From positions 1 to 40,323 of IMG/VR virus record IMGVR_UViG_3300042486_000183: a DNA stretch of 40,323 nucleotides; one strand, 5' to 3'. Within the stretch, counting starts at the first letter, position 1; every line of letters starts with the position of its first letter. Shown here in pieces: positions 10,956-19,313 of the stretch. Under the pieces are notes generated by a model. That model ran no database searches, had not been told where the DNA came from, and saw only the letters and a list, made by a program, of their open reading frames with translations. This DNA is from a virus (Duplodnaviria; Caudoviricetes). The translations under genes and the position numbers were made by a program.

Positions 10956-11263
10956 TTAACGATTCAATAAAGAATAAGCTAGAAAAGTACGGTCTCTCAG
11001 GTGTTAATAAGCCTAAGAGAGATACTCATAACGGTAAGTCTCATATTGTCTTAGCTAAAGAAGGAGACCGTTTAAAGCTTATTCGCTTTGGTCAGGCTGG
11101 GGTTAGAACTAATCAAACCGTTGGTCAACGTGAGGCGTTTAAATCTCGTCACGCAAAGAACATTGCTAAAGGAAAAATGAGTGCAGCCTATTGGGCAAAT
11201 AAAGTTAAATGGTCACCAAGTAAAACAGCATCCCCATCTAAGAAATGGGTTAAAGGTTCATAA
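10952..11263 (+). CDS. Conserved basic phage protein, 103 aa
   Basis: KLIRFGQ.G...AFKSRH....SAAYWANKVKW pattern, which I recall from aquatic phage proteins; tightly packed in the operon. Confidence 0.75.
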   Translation: MINDSIKNKLEKYGLSGVNKPKRDTHNGKSHIVLAKEGDRLKLIRFGQAGVRTNQTVGQREAFKSRHAKNIAKGKMSAAYWANKVKWSPSKTASPSKKWVKGS

Positions 11264-11265
11264 TT

Positions 11266-11910
11266 ATGTTATCTAATTTATCAGATTTATTAATGAGCAG
11301 GGTAGACCCTGACCCAGTTAAGGCTCAAACAGCTGTATCGCAGACTTCTATGATTGGAATGTCACCACAATCGCAGGCTCAGGCAATGCAACCAGTTGCG
11401 GCAGCTCCAGCTGAAGCACAATACTTGCAAGCTGCGGCTAAAGGCAAACCAGGGAAAACGCCTCAGAATGTTTTAGACTATTTGAAATTAATGGAAGAAG
11501 GCGGCGTTTATACTCCTCCAGGAGAAGTTCCAGCTTTTTTAAATGAAGGAAATCAGCAAGCACAAGGAGGGAAACCTACTAAGAAACTTAATCTTTCGGG
11601 AGTAAAAACAACTACAACAGACCTTGAGGGAGACGCAAATAATCCTTACAAAGCATTACTAAAAGGCAAATATGGCACTAAAGAGGTTAACTATCTTACA
11701 GGGAAATATGAAACAGAAGAGGATACATATAGGAGGTTTTTACTTGGTCATAATGTAGGAGGTGAAAAATTAGATAGGGCTTTATATATAAAAGAACGTA
11801 TGATGGAATTTAAAAGTAAGATTCCAGATTCCGTAACAGGGAAAGCGAAAGAGAAGATGCTAACAGACTACTTGAATAAAATACAAAAAGAAGGTCCTGT
11901 AGCTTGGTAA
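11266..11910 (+). CDS. Hypothetical protein, 214 aa
   Basis: Long ORF packed in the operon; Q/A/P-rich N-terminus. Confidence 0.7.
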   Translation: MLSNLSDLLMSRVDPDPVKAQTAVSQTSMIGMSPQSQAQAMQPVAAAPAEAQYLQAAAKGKPGKTPQNVLDYLKLMEEGGVYTPPGEVPAFLNEGNQQAQGGKPTKKLNLSGVKTTTTDLEGDANNPYKALLKGKYGTKEVNYLTGKYETEEDTYRRFLLGHNVGGEKLDRALYIKERMMEFKSKIPDSVTGKAKEKMLTDYLNKIQKEGPVAW

Positions 11911-12380
11911 ACGAAAAGCCTCATACACGCCTCTGTCCAATGTGCCAAAAAGAACTGGCATATAAAGAGGTGTCTGAAAGGAATAGGTCAGTAAAGAAAA
12001 ATATACCTTGTAGGTCTTGTTCTAATCAAGGAAGAGGGCTTAATAATTACTTCGAATCAATCCCTACCGCTTGGTATAATGGAAAGGTTAGAAGGGCAAC
12101 ACAAAGGGGTTACGAGTTTACAATTACAATAGAGGAAATTTGGGACATCTACATCGCGCAAGATAAAGTCTGCGCCTTGTCTGGTGTCCCAATTGCATTT
12201 AATGACACTGCATCTTTGGACAGAGTTGACAATGCAGTAGGATATGTGCGCGAGAATATACAGATAGTCCACAAAGACGTTAACTATATGAAGTACACCT
12301 ACTCTCAGGATTACTTCATAAAAATGTGTAACTTAGTGGCTTCAAAACATAATGTTGAGCGTGATGAAGAAATCAGCTGA
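11904..12380 (+). CDS. His-Me finger/HNH-type endonuclease with N-terminal CxxC..CxxC (start uncertain)
   Basis: CPMC, CRSC, and CALSG...SLDRVDNAVGYVRENIQIVHKDVNYMK. Confidence 0.75.
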   Translation: MVNEKPHTRLCPMCQKELAYKEVSERNRSVKKNIPCRSCSNQGRGLNNYFESIPTAWYNGKVRRATQRGYEFTITIEEIWDIYIAQDKVCALSGVPIAFNDTASLDRVDNAVGYVRENIQIVHKDVNYMKYTYSQDYFIKMCNLVASKHNVERDEEIS

Positions 12381-12633
12381 GTACTACAAGAAAAATCCAG
12401 AGAGTTACGCTAAGAAATTAGCATACGATAAACAGCATAACGCTAAACCAGAACAACGCGCTAAGCGGGCAGGGTTGGTTAAGGTTAACCGCGATAGGGG
12501 AACTTATGGTAACGGAGATGGCTTAGACGCATCTCACACTAAGAGAGGTATTGTAATGAAGAAAGCATCTGTTAACAGAGCATCTAAGACAGATACTGCA
12601 GGCGACAGACGTGCGCGCGGAGGAAAGAAGTAA
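12364..12633 (+). CDS. Small basic HNH-like protein, 89 aa
   Basis: GNGDGLDASH...KASVNRA resembles a minimal HNH-like motif. ATG at 12364 is preferred to the TTG at 12352. Confidence 0.55.
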   Translation: MKKSAEYYKKNPESYAKKLAYDKQHNAKPEQRAKRAGLVKVNRDRGTYGNGDGLDASHTKRGIVMKKASVNRASKTDTAGDRRARGGKK

Positions 12634-12780
12634 TTACTTTGTATCTACATCTTCCCCTAAGAAATCTTCCCCTTTATAATCAGGATGATTCTTTTGCATA
12701 TACTCTATATTTTGTACCCAGTTATAGACAATAACTCCTAATATAGATAAGCATAAAATAATAATTAATACTGCTGTCAT
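12634..12780 (-). CDS. Small single-pass membrane protein, 48 aa (not in ORF track)
   Basis: MTAVLIIILCLSILGVIVYNWVQNIEYMQKNHPDYKGEDFLGEDVDTK; its ATG overlaps the upstream stop codon. Confidence 0.75.
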   Translation of the reverse strand: MTAVLIIILCLSILGVIVYNWVQNIEYMQKNHPDYKGEDFLGEDVDTK

Positions 12781-13301
12781 TGTAGTAAGGTTGATTCGTA
12801 AATAACTTTTTTATCTAATCCTTCTTTCTTAGGCTTCTCGTATATTTCTAATACATCTACAGCCTTAATAAAGTACGCGTTAAAGGAATTATCTGCCTCG
12901 ATAGAAACAAGCGCTAGGAAGTCTTTGTTTGATGGATTAATTGTCACAGGGTCATTAGGTTGGAATATCCAACTGATAGGATATACTCCCATTGCAACGC
13001 AAGACTTGACGTGTATTTTAATATCACCGCAGGTAATATCTGCGTCGTAAGATTTCTTCTTAGCAGGATAGATTGCAATATCAGGAAACGTAGCATCTTT
13101 GCCATCTCGTTGTAGATAATTCCACACAGCATACTCAGCCATCTTTCCTATATAAATGTCAGAGATAATCTTCTTTACATCTGACTGATTGCGCTCAGCG
13201 TACTTCTCAATGTTAGTATTAAATACTTCTTTTGAAAACATATCCGCCAACTTCTCTTGATAAGTATCAGGCGCGATAAGCTTTAGTTTCTTTGGTTGCA
13301 T
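12777..13301 (-). CDS. Putative PD-(D/E)XK-fold nuclease
   Basis: GKMAEYAV...YDADI...IHVKS pattern. Confidence 0.5.
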   Translation of the reverse strand: MQPKKLKLIAPDTYQEKLADMFSKEVFNTNIEKYAERNQSDVKKIISDIYIGKMAEYAVWNYLQRDGKDATFPDIAIYPAKKKSYDADITCGDIKIHVKSCVAMGVYPISWIFQPNDPVTINPSNKDFLALVSIEADNSFNAYFIKAVDVLEIYEKPKKEGLDKKVIYESTLLQ

Positions 13302-13668
13302 AAGATAGGATGTGAACTGTTAACTTATAGTGTTTCTTACCTAAGTTTTCATCTGGATAAATTTGAATACCTTTACAGAATTTTTTAGAGTCATCTATAA
13401 TGTAGTGAGCCTTCTTCATAGTATCCTCTAGAATCTTAATCATAGGCACGGTATTGCTGGCGTCTAAGCGACTATTGAAGTACATTGTGATAACATACTT
13501 GTCTATCTTTTTTGTGCGCTTAGGAAGCAACTTAAGGAAGAGGTTAGCCCAAAACTCTTTCTCTTTGTTACGGAATGACCAATGTCTATTCGCGTACCAT
13601 TTGTTAAGAGACAGGTCAACCCCTTCCCATTCAATATTGATTGTTGCAATCTCTTCGTCTATTACCAT
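13267..13668 (-). CDS. rusA: RusA-like Holliday junction resolvase
   Basis: SLNKWY..HW; RLDASN...KILEDTM...IIDDS matches the RusA D..N..K...D...DD catalytic pattern. Confidence 0.7.
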   Translation of the reverse strand: MVIDEEIATINIEWEGVDLSLNKWYANRHWSFRNKEKEFWANLFLKLLPKRTKKIDKYVITMYFNSRLDASNTVPMIKILEDTMKKAHYIIDDSKKFCKGIQIYPDENLGKKHYKLTVHILSYATKETKAYRA

Positions 13669-13898
13669 TAGTGGATTCTTAGTGTCTTGTCTCCAACTGT
13701 CAGGTTGACGTCAAGATTGATTGGATGACCATTAGCGGACAGATTTCTAACCATCTTACCTAGGAGATTAAATCCTATGCCACGTTGGTTATTCTCTAGT
13801 CCTGATATTTGTTGGACGGTATTGAATCCCGCCTCTTTTGCAAATACTGCCTGAGTCATTCCTAATTCAGTCCTAATCTCTTTTATTATGTTTATCAT
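13668..13898 (-). CDS. XRE/Cro-family HTH regulator
   Basis: IKEIRTELGMTQAVFAKEAG...ISGLENNQR; ATG start at 13898. Confidence 0.85.
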   Translation of the reverse strand: MINIIKEIRTELGMTQAVFAKEAGFNTVQQISGLENNQRGIGFNLLGKMVRNLSANGHPINLDVNLTVGDKTLRIH

Positions 13899-14010
13899 CT
13901 TTTTTTTCTTTGGCAAACTTAGCTTTAGCTGAGTCTATCTTTTGGCGGTGTAAGTCATAGAGCTGTGCTCCAATATTATCCCACACCTGATTGAATGTTC
14001 TATTTTCCAT
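13873..14010 (-). CDS. Small hypothetical protein, 45 aa (not in ORF track)
   Basis: MENRTFNQVWDNIGAQLYDLHRQKIDSAKAKFAKEKKDDKHNKRD; TAATG coupling to the upstream stop. Confidence 0.6.
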   Translation of the reverse strand: MENRTFNQVWDNIGAQLYDLHRQKIDSAKAKFAKEKKDDKHNKRD

Positions 14011-14480
14011 TATGATAGGGTTACTCTTATTGAAGTTGAACTAGTCTTAACAGGTGGATAGTATTCTAACATCTCACCTGTATCTTGATTTACGGTTGTG
14101 GTCTTAGACTTAATACTCTTAGCAAATGCTTCGATTTCCTTGAGTTTTTTTGCCTCAGCATCTACGCGAGATTTTTGTTCTGCCCACGCTTTTGACTCTG
14201 AGAAATCCCACTTAACTCCAGCCTCTACCGACTTAACGGTTGTACCTAGTACGTCAGTTTCATTTCTGTCGTATGCTTCTAGTTCCTTAATTGCAAAGTC
14301 TTTAAGACCCTTCTCTAACTCCTCTAGCAAGAATATGTACTTTCTACATAATGCTAGGTCTTTTAGAGGTTCTCCGCCATCGTAAGCCATATCCTCAAGA
14401 TATCGGCTCACAATGTTTGTCATTTCTTCTTTGTTTGCGGAGACAATTGTACTAGACTTTAATGTTGCTAGTTCGTTCAT
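14010..14480 (-). CDS. Hypothetical coiled-coil phage protein, 156 aa
   Basis: ATG at 14480 lies 1 nt after the upstream stop; the longer start in the track overlaps the SSB-like gene. Confidence 0.7.
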   Translation of the reverse strand: MNELATLKSSTIVSANKEEMTNIVSRYLEDMAYDGGEPLKDLALCRKYIFLLEELEKGLKDFAIKELEAYDRNETDVLGTTVKSVEAGVKWDFSESKAWAEQKSRVDAEAKKLKEIEAFAKSIKSKTTTVNQDTGEMLEYYPPVKTSSTSIRVTLS

Positions 14481-14481
14481 C

Positions 14482-15204
14482 TTAAAATGGTAACTCTGAT
14501 GAATCAGATGGTTCGTCAAATACTGGAATAGAAGACTCTTGTACTGGCGCAAATATAGATTCAGCAGTGTGACTCTGAACCTCTTCAGAAGCCGCCGCTG
14601 AGTTAGCCTTGCGCGCTTTAAAGTAAGCAACTAATTCATCATAGTTCTTGTCAGACAAATCACTTGTTGAAGCATCAATGTTATTGCCAATAGTGAACAC
14701 AGGAACGCTGTACTTAACAGAACCTTTCTTCTCATCAGATGCAGAAAGAACATTGATGTAGTTTCCTAAAAACTGTTTGCGATTCTCTTTTGAGAACTCA
14801 GACCATTTCATTAAAGCCGCTCCCTTGAATGTAAAGTTGACAACCTCTCCACCCAATTCAGCGTACAAGCTAACGTAATAATCGCCACCTGATGCATTAA
14901 CTTTTCCTTTGATGTCTTGGTATAAGCCCGTGGCAATTTCGCCTCCCTTGAACGCGCGAACCGTAAGTGGTTCAGTCTTTGTAGACTTAACTTCGTTAGA
15001 GTAAATACCTGACCCAGACGCGTCGTGCCATCCTTTGATGGTAGCCATCTCGTCGTAGTGAATAAACTTCACAGGTAACTGGAGTTTCTTATTCTCCTTT
15101 GCTTCCTTATCCCAATAAGTGAAACATTTTTCGTTAGAAGACCAAGAAAGGTACTTCTTAACTGGGGATTGTGCTGTTGTAGCGTAAGCATCTGAACGTG
15201 CCAT
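14482..15204 (-). CDS. Putative single-stranded DNA-binding protein
   Basis: Aromatic-rich beta-type core and an acidic tail ending DEPSDSSELPF, the typical SSB C-terminal tip. Confidence 0.6.
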   Translation of the reverse strand: MARSDAYATTAQSPVKKYLSWSSNEKCFTYWDKEAKENKKLQLPVKFIHYDEMATIKGWHDASGSGIYSNEVKSTKTEPLTVRAFKGGEIATGLYQDIKGKVNASGGDYYVSLYAELGGEVVNFTFKGAALMKWSEFSKENRKQFLGNYINVLSASDEKKGSVKYSVPVFTIGNNIDASTSDLSDKNYDELVAYFKARKANSAAASEEVQSHTAESIFAPVQESSIPVFDEPSDSSELPF

Positions 15205-15221
15205 ATTTTTATTTGTTTGGT

Positions 15222-15401
15222 TTAATAATTAATAATTTCTTCTGGTTGTTCGAACTGTGTAAGGAATACTATCCTAGTAGTCATCCTACTTAATCTGCGT
15301 TCAACTTTTGACTTAAGTGCACCTCTTCTGGTGTAACTGTTGGGGTCGTTTGCGAGTACCTCAGCCTTGCTGACTACATCGCTGTAGCGTGTTTTTCTCA
15401 T
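15222..15401 (-). CDS. Small hypothetical protein, 59 aa (not in ORF track)
   Basis: MRKTRYSDVVSKAEVLANDPNSYTRRGALKSKVERRLSRMTTRIVFLTQFEQPEEIINY, directly downstream of a promoter. Confidence 0.65.
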   Translation of the reverse strand: MRKTRYSDVVSKAEVLANDPNSYTRRGALKSKVERRLSRMTTRIVFLTQFEQPEEIINY

Positions 15402-15421
15402 TGTTTGATTGATTTCTTTAA

Positions 15422-15453
15422 CAAAGATACGTTATTGATTTTTATAAAACAAA
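15422..15453 (-). promoter_or_regulatory. Bacteroidota sigma70-type promoter
   Basis: TTTG-N20-TATCTTTG on the - strand. Confidence 0.75.
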
Positions 15454-15461
15454 TAGTTTAC

Positions 15462-15491
15462 AAAAAAAGATAGCCCGTATAACAGGCTACC
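15462..15491 (-). terminator. Intrinsic terminator
   Basis: GGTAGCCTG-TTATA-CGGGCTATC followed by T7 on the - strand. Confidence 0.8.
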
Positions 15492-15525
15492 TTTTCGCAC
15501 ACACTTATGAAAATCAAATAAACAA

Positions 15526-15867
15526 CTATTTCTTGTTTGGTTGGGTAACGTACTTATATGTAACAAATTCCGCGCCATCGTAGAATTTTACTTCAGATTC
15601 TGACTTAGTGTCATTACGGTGCGCTTGCAACTCTTCTTCTAACTTAATAATATCTTTCTTTAGTCTTGTAAGGTACACTAGACCATCCATTAACTCTTCT
15701 CTTAGGTGCTGTGCCCAGTCAGCTACGGATAGGTCTGTTCTGTCCATATCTGTGCCATACTTATTGTAACCTTTCTCAGCTCTTTCGCCAAACTCTTTGA
15801 TTATTTCGAATACTACACTATCTGTAAACGTAGTGGTCTGCTCTACTTCACTATTTTTCAACTCCAT
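15526..15867 (-). CDS. MazG-like all-alpha NTP pyrophosphohydrolase
   Basis: R.EKG..KYGT...DW..HLREELMDGLVY (EExxD). Confidence 0.6.
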   Translation of the reverse strand: MELKNSEVEQTTTFTDSVVFEIIKEFGERAEKGYNKYGTDMDRTDLSVADWAQHLREELMDGLVYLTRLKKDIIKLEEELQAHRNDTKSESEVKFYDGAEFVTYKYVTQPNKK

Positions 15868-16213
15868 ATTCTTTAAAAATTGCTGATACTTTGGTTGCAC
15901 ATTCTATTTTTTTATCCTCTTCTAGTAATTCTAGTTTTAGTGCTATTTCAAATAGATAGTCTGCCTGCTGAGATGCGTCTACAAACTGCTCAACTACTGA
16001 TATTGAATCGTTGGCATCGCCCGCCTTAATCAGCGCATCAACTTGTGCTTCTAATTCTTTGACTAGCAAATTAGTATATTGCTTTATCCTGTGGTAATGG
16101 AAATTAGATGGAGCTACTTTCTCATCTATAAAATCTCTTAGGGATTGACACTTTGCGTAGTAGCAAATCATATCCCGAATTTCTTGGTCATCCAAGGCTC
16201 TTTTCTTTTTCAC
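15851..16213 (-). CDS. Hypothetical protein, 120 aa
   Basis: Overlapping operon packing. Confidence 0.65.
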   Translation of the reverse strand: MKKKRALDDQEIRDMICYYAKCQSLRDFIDEKVAPSNFHYHRIKQYTNLLVKELEAQVDALIKAGDANDSISVVEQFVDASQQADYLFEIALKLELLEEDKKIECATKVSAIFKEYGVEK

Positions 16214-16671
16214 GTTGTTGTTTGGTTTATGTATGATTGTATCGTTCTTAAGTCAATTATTCCGCCGTTGTTTCTAAAGAACTTAAAGATATTCCAAGCG
16301 GATATTCCTAGCATATGTGCCTCCTCGACAAACATCTTGCGAGCTTTCAAAACCCAGAGCCACTTACCTTCTTTGTAGAACTTTTCTAGCAGGTCTTTGT
16401 TGTACTTGCCTGAGAATCGTTTTATTTTCTTCTTAATTAACTCGTTTAAGTAAGCCTCATTATCCCACATCTCCTTCTTTCGCAGGTAAATTTTGTTTCG
16501 TTCATTTCGTTTATGAAGATGAAAGAATCCATTAGAAGTCATCTCAACTAGATGCGGATACCCACACTTTTCACAACGGAATGTTCTATCAAGATGTCTA
16601 CGGACAAGTCTTAACTCGTGAGGATTGTGACACTCTCTGCAGTCTGTTCTGTGGAAATCTATTTTAGGCAT
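16210..16671 (-). CDS. Zinc-finger protein with possible C-terminal DnaA-C-like HTH
   Basis: CREC...CEKC; C-terminal ARKMF...GISAWNI...DLRTI. Confidence 0.5.
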   Translation of the reverse strand: MPKIDFHRTDCRECHNPHELRLVRRHLDRTFRCEKCGYPHLVEMTSNGFFHLHKRNERNKIYLRKKEMWDNEAYLNELIKKKIKRFSGKYNKDLLEKFYKEGKWLWVLKARKMFVEEAHMLGISAWNIFKFFRNNGGIIDLRTIQSYINQTTT

Positions 16672-16916
16672 TAGTCCCAGTCGGTGTCAACAAACAAGGG
16701 GGAATCAAATGTCAGACTACCTCGTACATTAAATTCAAAGTAGTCTATAGCGTCATCTACGGACATACCTTCTTTTACTAGCACATCAATACACATAGGT
16801 ACAGAGTAAACTAGCTTCATTTGCTGTTGTTCTAATCCAATGATAGCATCATCAAATCCATCTGCCTTAATAAAAGTAGTCTCGTCGTTAAAGTATTCTA
16901 ATATTTTATCTAGCAT
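16671..16916 (-). CDS. Conserved phage hypothetical protein
   Basis: ADGFDDAIIG...VYS...A.DYFEFNV.GS pattern, which I recall from aquatic phages. Confidence 0.7.
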   Translation of the reverse strand: MLDKILEYFNDETTFIKADGFDDAIIGLEQQQMKLVYSVPMCIDVLVKEGMSVDDAIDYFEFNVRGSLTFDSPLFVDTDWD

Positions 16917-16917
16917 A

Positions 16918-17169
16918 TTACATCTTTGAGGATAAGCGTCCAATAACTTCGTTAACAATGTCTTCAGTCAACTGCTCTTTATCTGATACAACAGACTTAT
17001 TCTTTTCAGCCACACTTACTTTCTTAAGTAGCCATTGCAGTTCATCTATTCGAGTCTTGTATTCGTCGCAACGTTCTTCGCTGACATACTTAGTTAGCTT
17101 CTCGTGGTTTGCTTCTTTGAGTTTAGCCCGCATATTATTCATACGGTCTAGTATTATTTTCTTTATCAT
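16918..17169 (-). CDS. Hypothetical protein, 83 aa
   Basis: Operon packing. Confidence 0.6.
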   Translation of the reverse strand: MIKKIILDRMNNMRAKLKEANHEKLTKYVSEERCDEYKTRIDELQWLLKKVSVAEKNKSVVSDKEQLTEDIVNEVIGRLSSKM

Positions 17170-17183
17170 ATTTTAAATCTAGT

Positions 17184-17300
17184 AGACAATACAGGATTCG
17201 AACCTGTGAAAATGTGAGCCTTCAGTTGTATGCGACAGCTCATCCTGCTTAATTCTGATTTGCATACTTTCAGTGCGTGTTCCTGCCCCGCCTATTGTCT
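17184..17300 (-). ncRNA. tRNA-like RNA with expanded, non-canonical anticodon/variable region
   Basis: 7-bp acceptor stem AGACAAT/ATTGTCT, T arm ACAGG-TTCGAAT-CCTGT, D-like arm GCG..CGC; no canonical 7-nt anticodon loop. Confidence 0.7.
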
Positions 17301-17308
17301 ATAAAATT

Positions 17309-17358
17309 GCTGTCTTTCCAGCTGTCAATAGTTATCCTCACACCAACTCAGATAACTA
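17309..17358 (-). ncRNA. Structured RNA element (8-bp hairpin + TGACA + GAAAGA-loop hairpin)
   Basis: TAGTTATC...GATAACTA followed by TTGACA-GCTG-GAAAGA-CAGC. Confidence 0.5.
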
Positions 17359-17435
17359 CGTTTGCTCTCCTCCCTACTCACGCTGAGACTTTACGATTTC
17401 GGTAATATGGTGACTAACTGTCCTTAAACCTTATT

Positions 17436-17467
17436 CAAAGATAGGTAAACGTTTTTGTTAAGTCAAA
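17436..17467 (-). promoter_or_regulatory. Bacteroidota sigma70-type promoter upstream of the ncRNA cluster
   Basis: TTTG-N20-TATCTTTG on the - strand. Confidence 0.75.
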
Positions 17468-17697
17468 TTTTGAGACAAATAAATCTTAAATTCCCTTATT
17501 GCTCTATAAGCCGCCTGTTGTGCACGACCTTTGGAGTGAATCAATCTACCAAGATTGGTTCTAACCATATCAATGTCACTATGGCAAACAATTCCTTGCT
17601 TATACCTTACTTCTTTCGGCTCAGTATTCTTTTCAAGATATTCTGTAGCCCATTGAATGGCTTTTTCATAGTTTTTATCCTTTGCATCGTCTGCCAT
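17458..17697 (-). CDS. Hypothetical protein, 79 aa
   Basis: ATG ORF in the - strand block. Confidence 0.6.
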   Translation of the reverse strand: MADDAKDKNYEKAIQWATEYLEKNTEPKEVRYKQGIVCHSDIDMVRTNLGRLIHSKGRAQQAAYRAIREFKIYLSQNLT

Positions 17698-17864
17698 CTT
17701 ACATCTACCTTATAAAAATACCACTCAAATAATCTAATATGGGGGACAATATTATAGCGCAACTCTCTAGGAACATCCTGATATTTTTCTGCGCGGTATA
17801 TGATTCCCCAGAGTTTAAGGTAGTAACCCCTAACTCTGCGAAAGTTATAACGTTTGAACTCCAT
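17607..17864 (-). CDS. Hypothetical protein, ~85 aa
   Basis: Likely start MEFKRY; overlaps the next ORF by ~90 nt, so boundaries are uncertain. Confidence 0.45.
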   Translation of the reverse strand: MEFKRYNFRRVRGYYLKLWGIIYRAEKYQDVPRELRYNIVPHIRLFEWYFYKVDVRWQTMQRIKTMKKPFNGLQNILKRILSRKK

Positions 17865-18072
17865 CTCTGAATTTGTTGATAGTGGCGGCGTTCGTTTTAA
17901 TCCATCCGTTATAGGACAGGTTAGCTTCAATTCTGTCGTTGACCGCTCCAAGCAATCGGTAGCGGTAGTTTCCTGCTTTGTCATAATAGTTTACTTTAAG
18001 TTCGTTATAATCAACGACACAAACCTCGTTTCCATCAGCTGACTTGTAGTGCATTAATTTAATCTTCTTCAT
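17845..18072 (-). CDS. Hypothetical protein, 75 aa
   Basis: Operon packing. Confidence 0.6.
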   Translation of the reverse strand: MKKIKLMHYKSADGNEVCVVDYNELKVNYYDKAGNYRYRLLGAVNDRIEANLSYNGWIKTNAATINKFRDGVQTL

Positions 18073-18247
18073 CTTCGTCGTAGGTTAATTGTTTAACTAA
18101 GTCTTCCATATAACGCGCCTTCATAGCGACGTTTTTGTTGCCGTTCCAAAAATCGCTATAATGTTCGCGAGGGATAGCGTACCATAGGTCTTCATATGCG
18201 TTCCTCCAGAACACATACGGGTACAAAAAGATTGATTTATTTTGCAT
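18059..18247 (-). CDS. Hypothetical protein, 62 aa
   Basis: YVFWRNAYEDLWYAIPRE..FWNG; operon packing. Confidence 0.65.
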   Translation of the reverse strand: MQNKSIFLYPYVFWRNAYEDLWYAIPREHYSDFWNGNKNVAMKARYMEDLVKQLTYDEDEED

Positions 18248-18258
18248 AGTATTATTGT

Positions 18259-18516
18259 TTATAACATTTCTTTTAAATGTTGAAATACGGATTGGGGTCT
18301 TTCCCAGTTCTTGTATGCATCTTCCACTGTTTCTTCGAAGTGTTTTTTAAATACGGGCACTGCTGTCGGATAGTCTTTAAAAAATTTAGCTAAATTGATG
18401 TAATCTTGTAGGTGGTATAATTCTCCACGAGAGTTGCTTCCGAATATTCTTTCTTCATAGTCCTCGATATCAAGAATCTTTAATGCTTCTTTAAATGTAA
18501 TTTGTTTGGTTTCCAT
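18259..18516 (-). CDS. Hypothetical protein, 85 aa
   Basis: Operon packing. Confidence 0.65.
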   Translation of the reverse strand: METKQITFKEALKILDIEDYEERIFGSNSRGELYHLQDYINLAKFFKDYPTAVPVFKKHFEETVEDAYKNWERPQSVFQHLKEML

Positions 18517-18535
18517 TATCTTATTGTTTAAATTT

Positions 18536-18871
18536 TTAGTAATCTCTTACAAGCGAATATGTTCCGCAGTATTCGTCTTTTTTGCCATTAACCAATGCTT
18601 CAAGGAATAAGAAAGAATCTGTGTCAAAGACCATATATTCCTCAATCCATTCCTTATTATAATCACTCCAGATTTGCCGAATAATACTTACTGATTCGTG
18701 TTTTGTATTTTTACACAAAAACAATCTTGTTCTCGAACCATATCCAGATTGGTCTGTGTATTCGTAAACTTCAACAAATCCATCCCTGCATTCCAAGTAA
18801 TCATTTACGAATGATTCTTTTTTGTTTTCTGAATCAAGAAAAATCTTTTCCCCTCTATTTAATTTTTCCAT
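18536..18871 (-). CDS. Hypothetical protein, 111 aa
   Basis: Operon packing. Confidence 0.65.
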   Translation of the reverse strand: MEKLNRGEKIFLDSENKKESFVNDYLECRDGFVEVYEYTDQSGYGSRTRLFLCKNTKHESVSIIRQIWSDYNKEWIEEYMVFDTDSFLFLEALVNGKKDEYCGTYSLVRDY

Positions 18872-18886
18872 AAGTTTTATTATTTA

Positions 18887-19084
18887 TTACCACCTTGAAA
18901 CGCCATACTTACCCTCTTTCCATCCCTCTTCCCTTGCCTTGCTTGCAATCTTCCTATGTTCTTCCTCTTCTACCTTTAGTAATGATTCAATCTTATCTTC
19001 AATCATTCTTGGTATATCTAAATCCATTGGGAATGTTTTCCTTGTCCATTCCAACATTTGTTGCATTGCTGTTTTATTTGCCAT
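18887..19084 (-). CDS. Small helical protein, distant member of the KQTAVEWL-type paralog group
   Basis: NKTAMQQMLEW...LLKVEEE. Confidence 0.6.
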   Translation of the reverse strand: MANKTAMQQMLEWTRKTFPMDLDIPRMIEDKIESLLKVEEEEHRKIASKAREEGWKEGKYGVSRW

Positions 19085-19313
19085 AAGTTTCGTTGTAATA
19101 TTCTTCTGTATCTAAAACTTCATTATAACATTCGGGAGGTATTTCCCCATTCCAACCTTCTGCTGATGACATAAATCCATCTTCCCAAGCATCTTTTATC
19201 TGCTCTTTAAACAGTTGTTGTGCTTCGTTTAATACTCTTTTTAATTGATTAAGTTGTATTGGATAAAACAAATTATCCTCTATGTAATCAATTGGTGTTT
19301 GTTTATTTTTCAT
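19074..19313 (-). CDS. KQTAVEWL-type small protein, paralog 2
   Basis: NKQTPIDY...KEQIKDAW...EEYYNETYGK. Confidence 0.7.
   Translation of the reverse strand: MKNKQTPIDYIEDNLFYPIQLNQLKRVLNEAQQLFKEQIKDAWEDGFMSSAEGWNGEIPPECYNEVLDTEEYYNETYGK

Noticed and set aside
17184-17300. Canonical decoding tRNA
   Set aside because: No 5-bp/7-nt anticodon arm, length 117 nt, no U8; no anticodon can be assigned.
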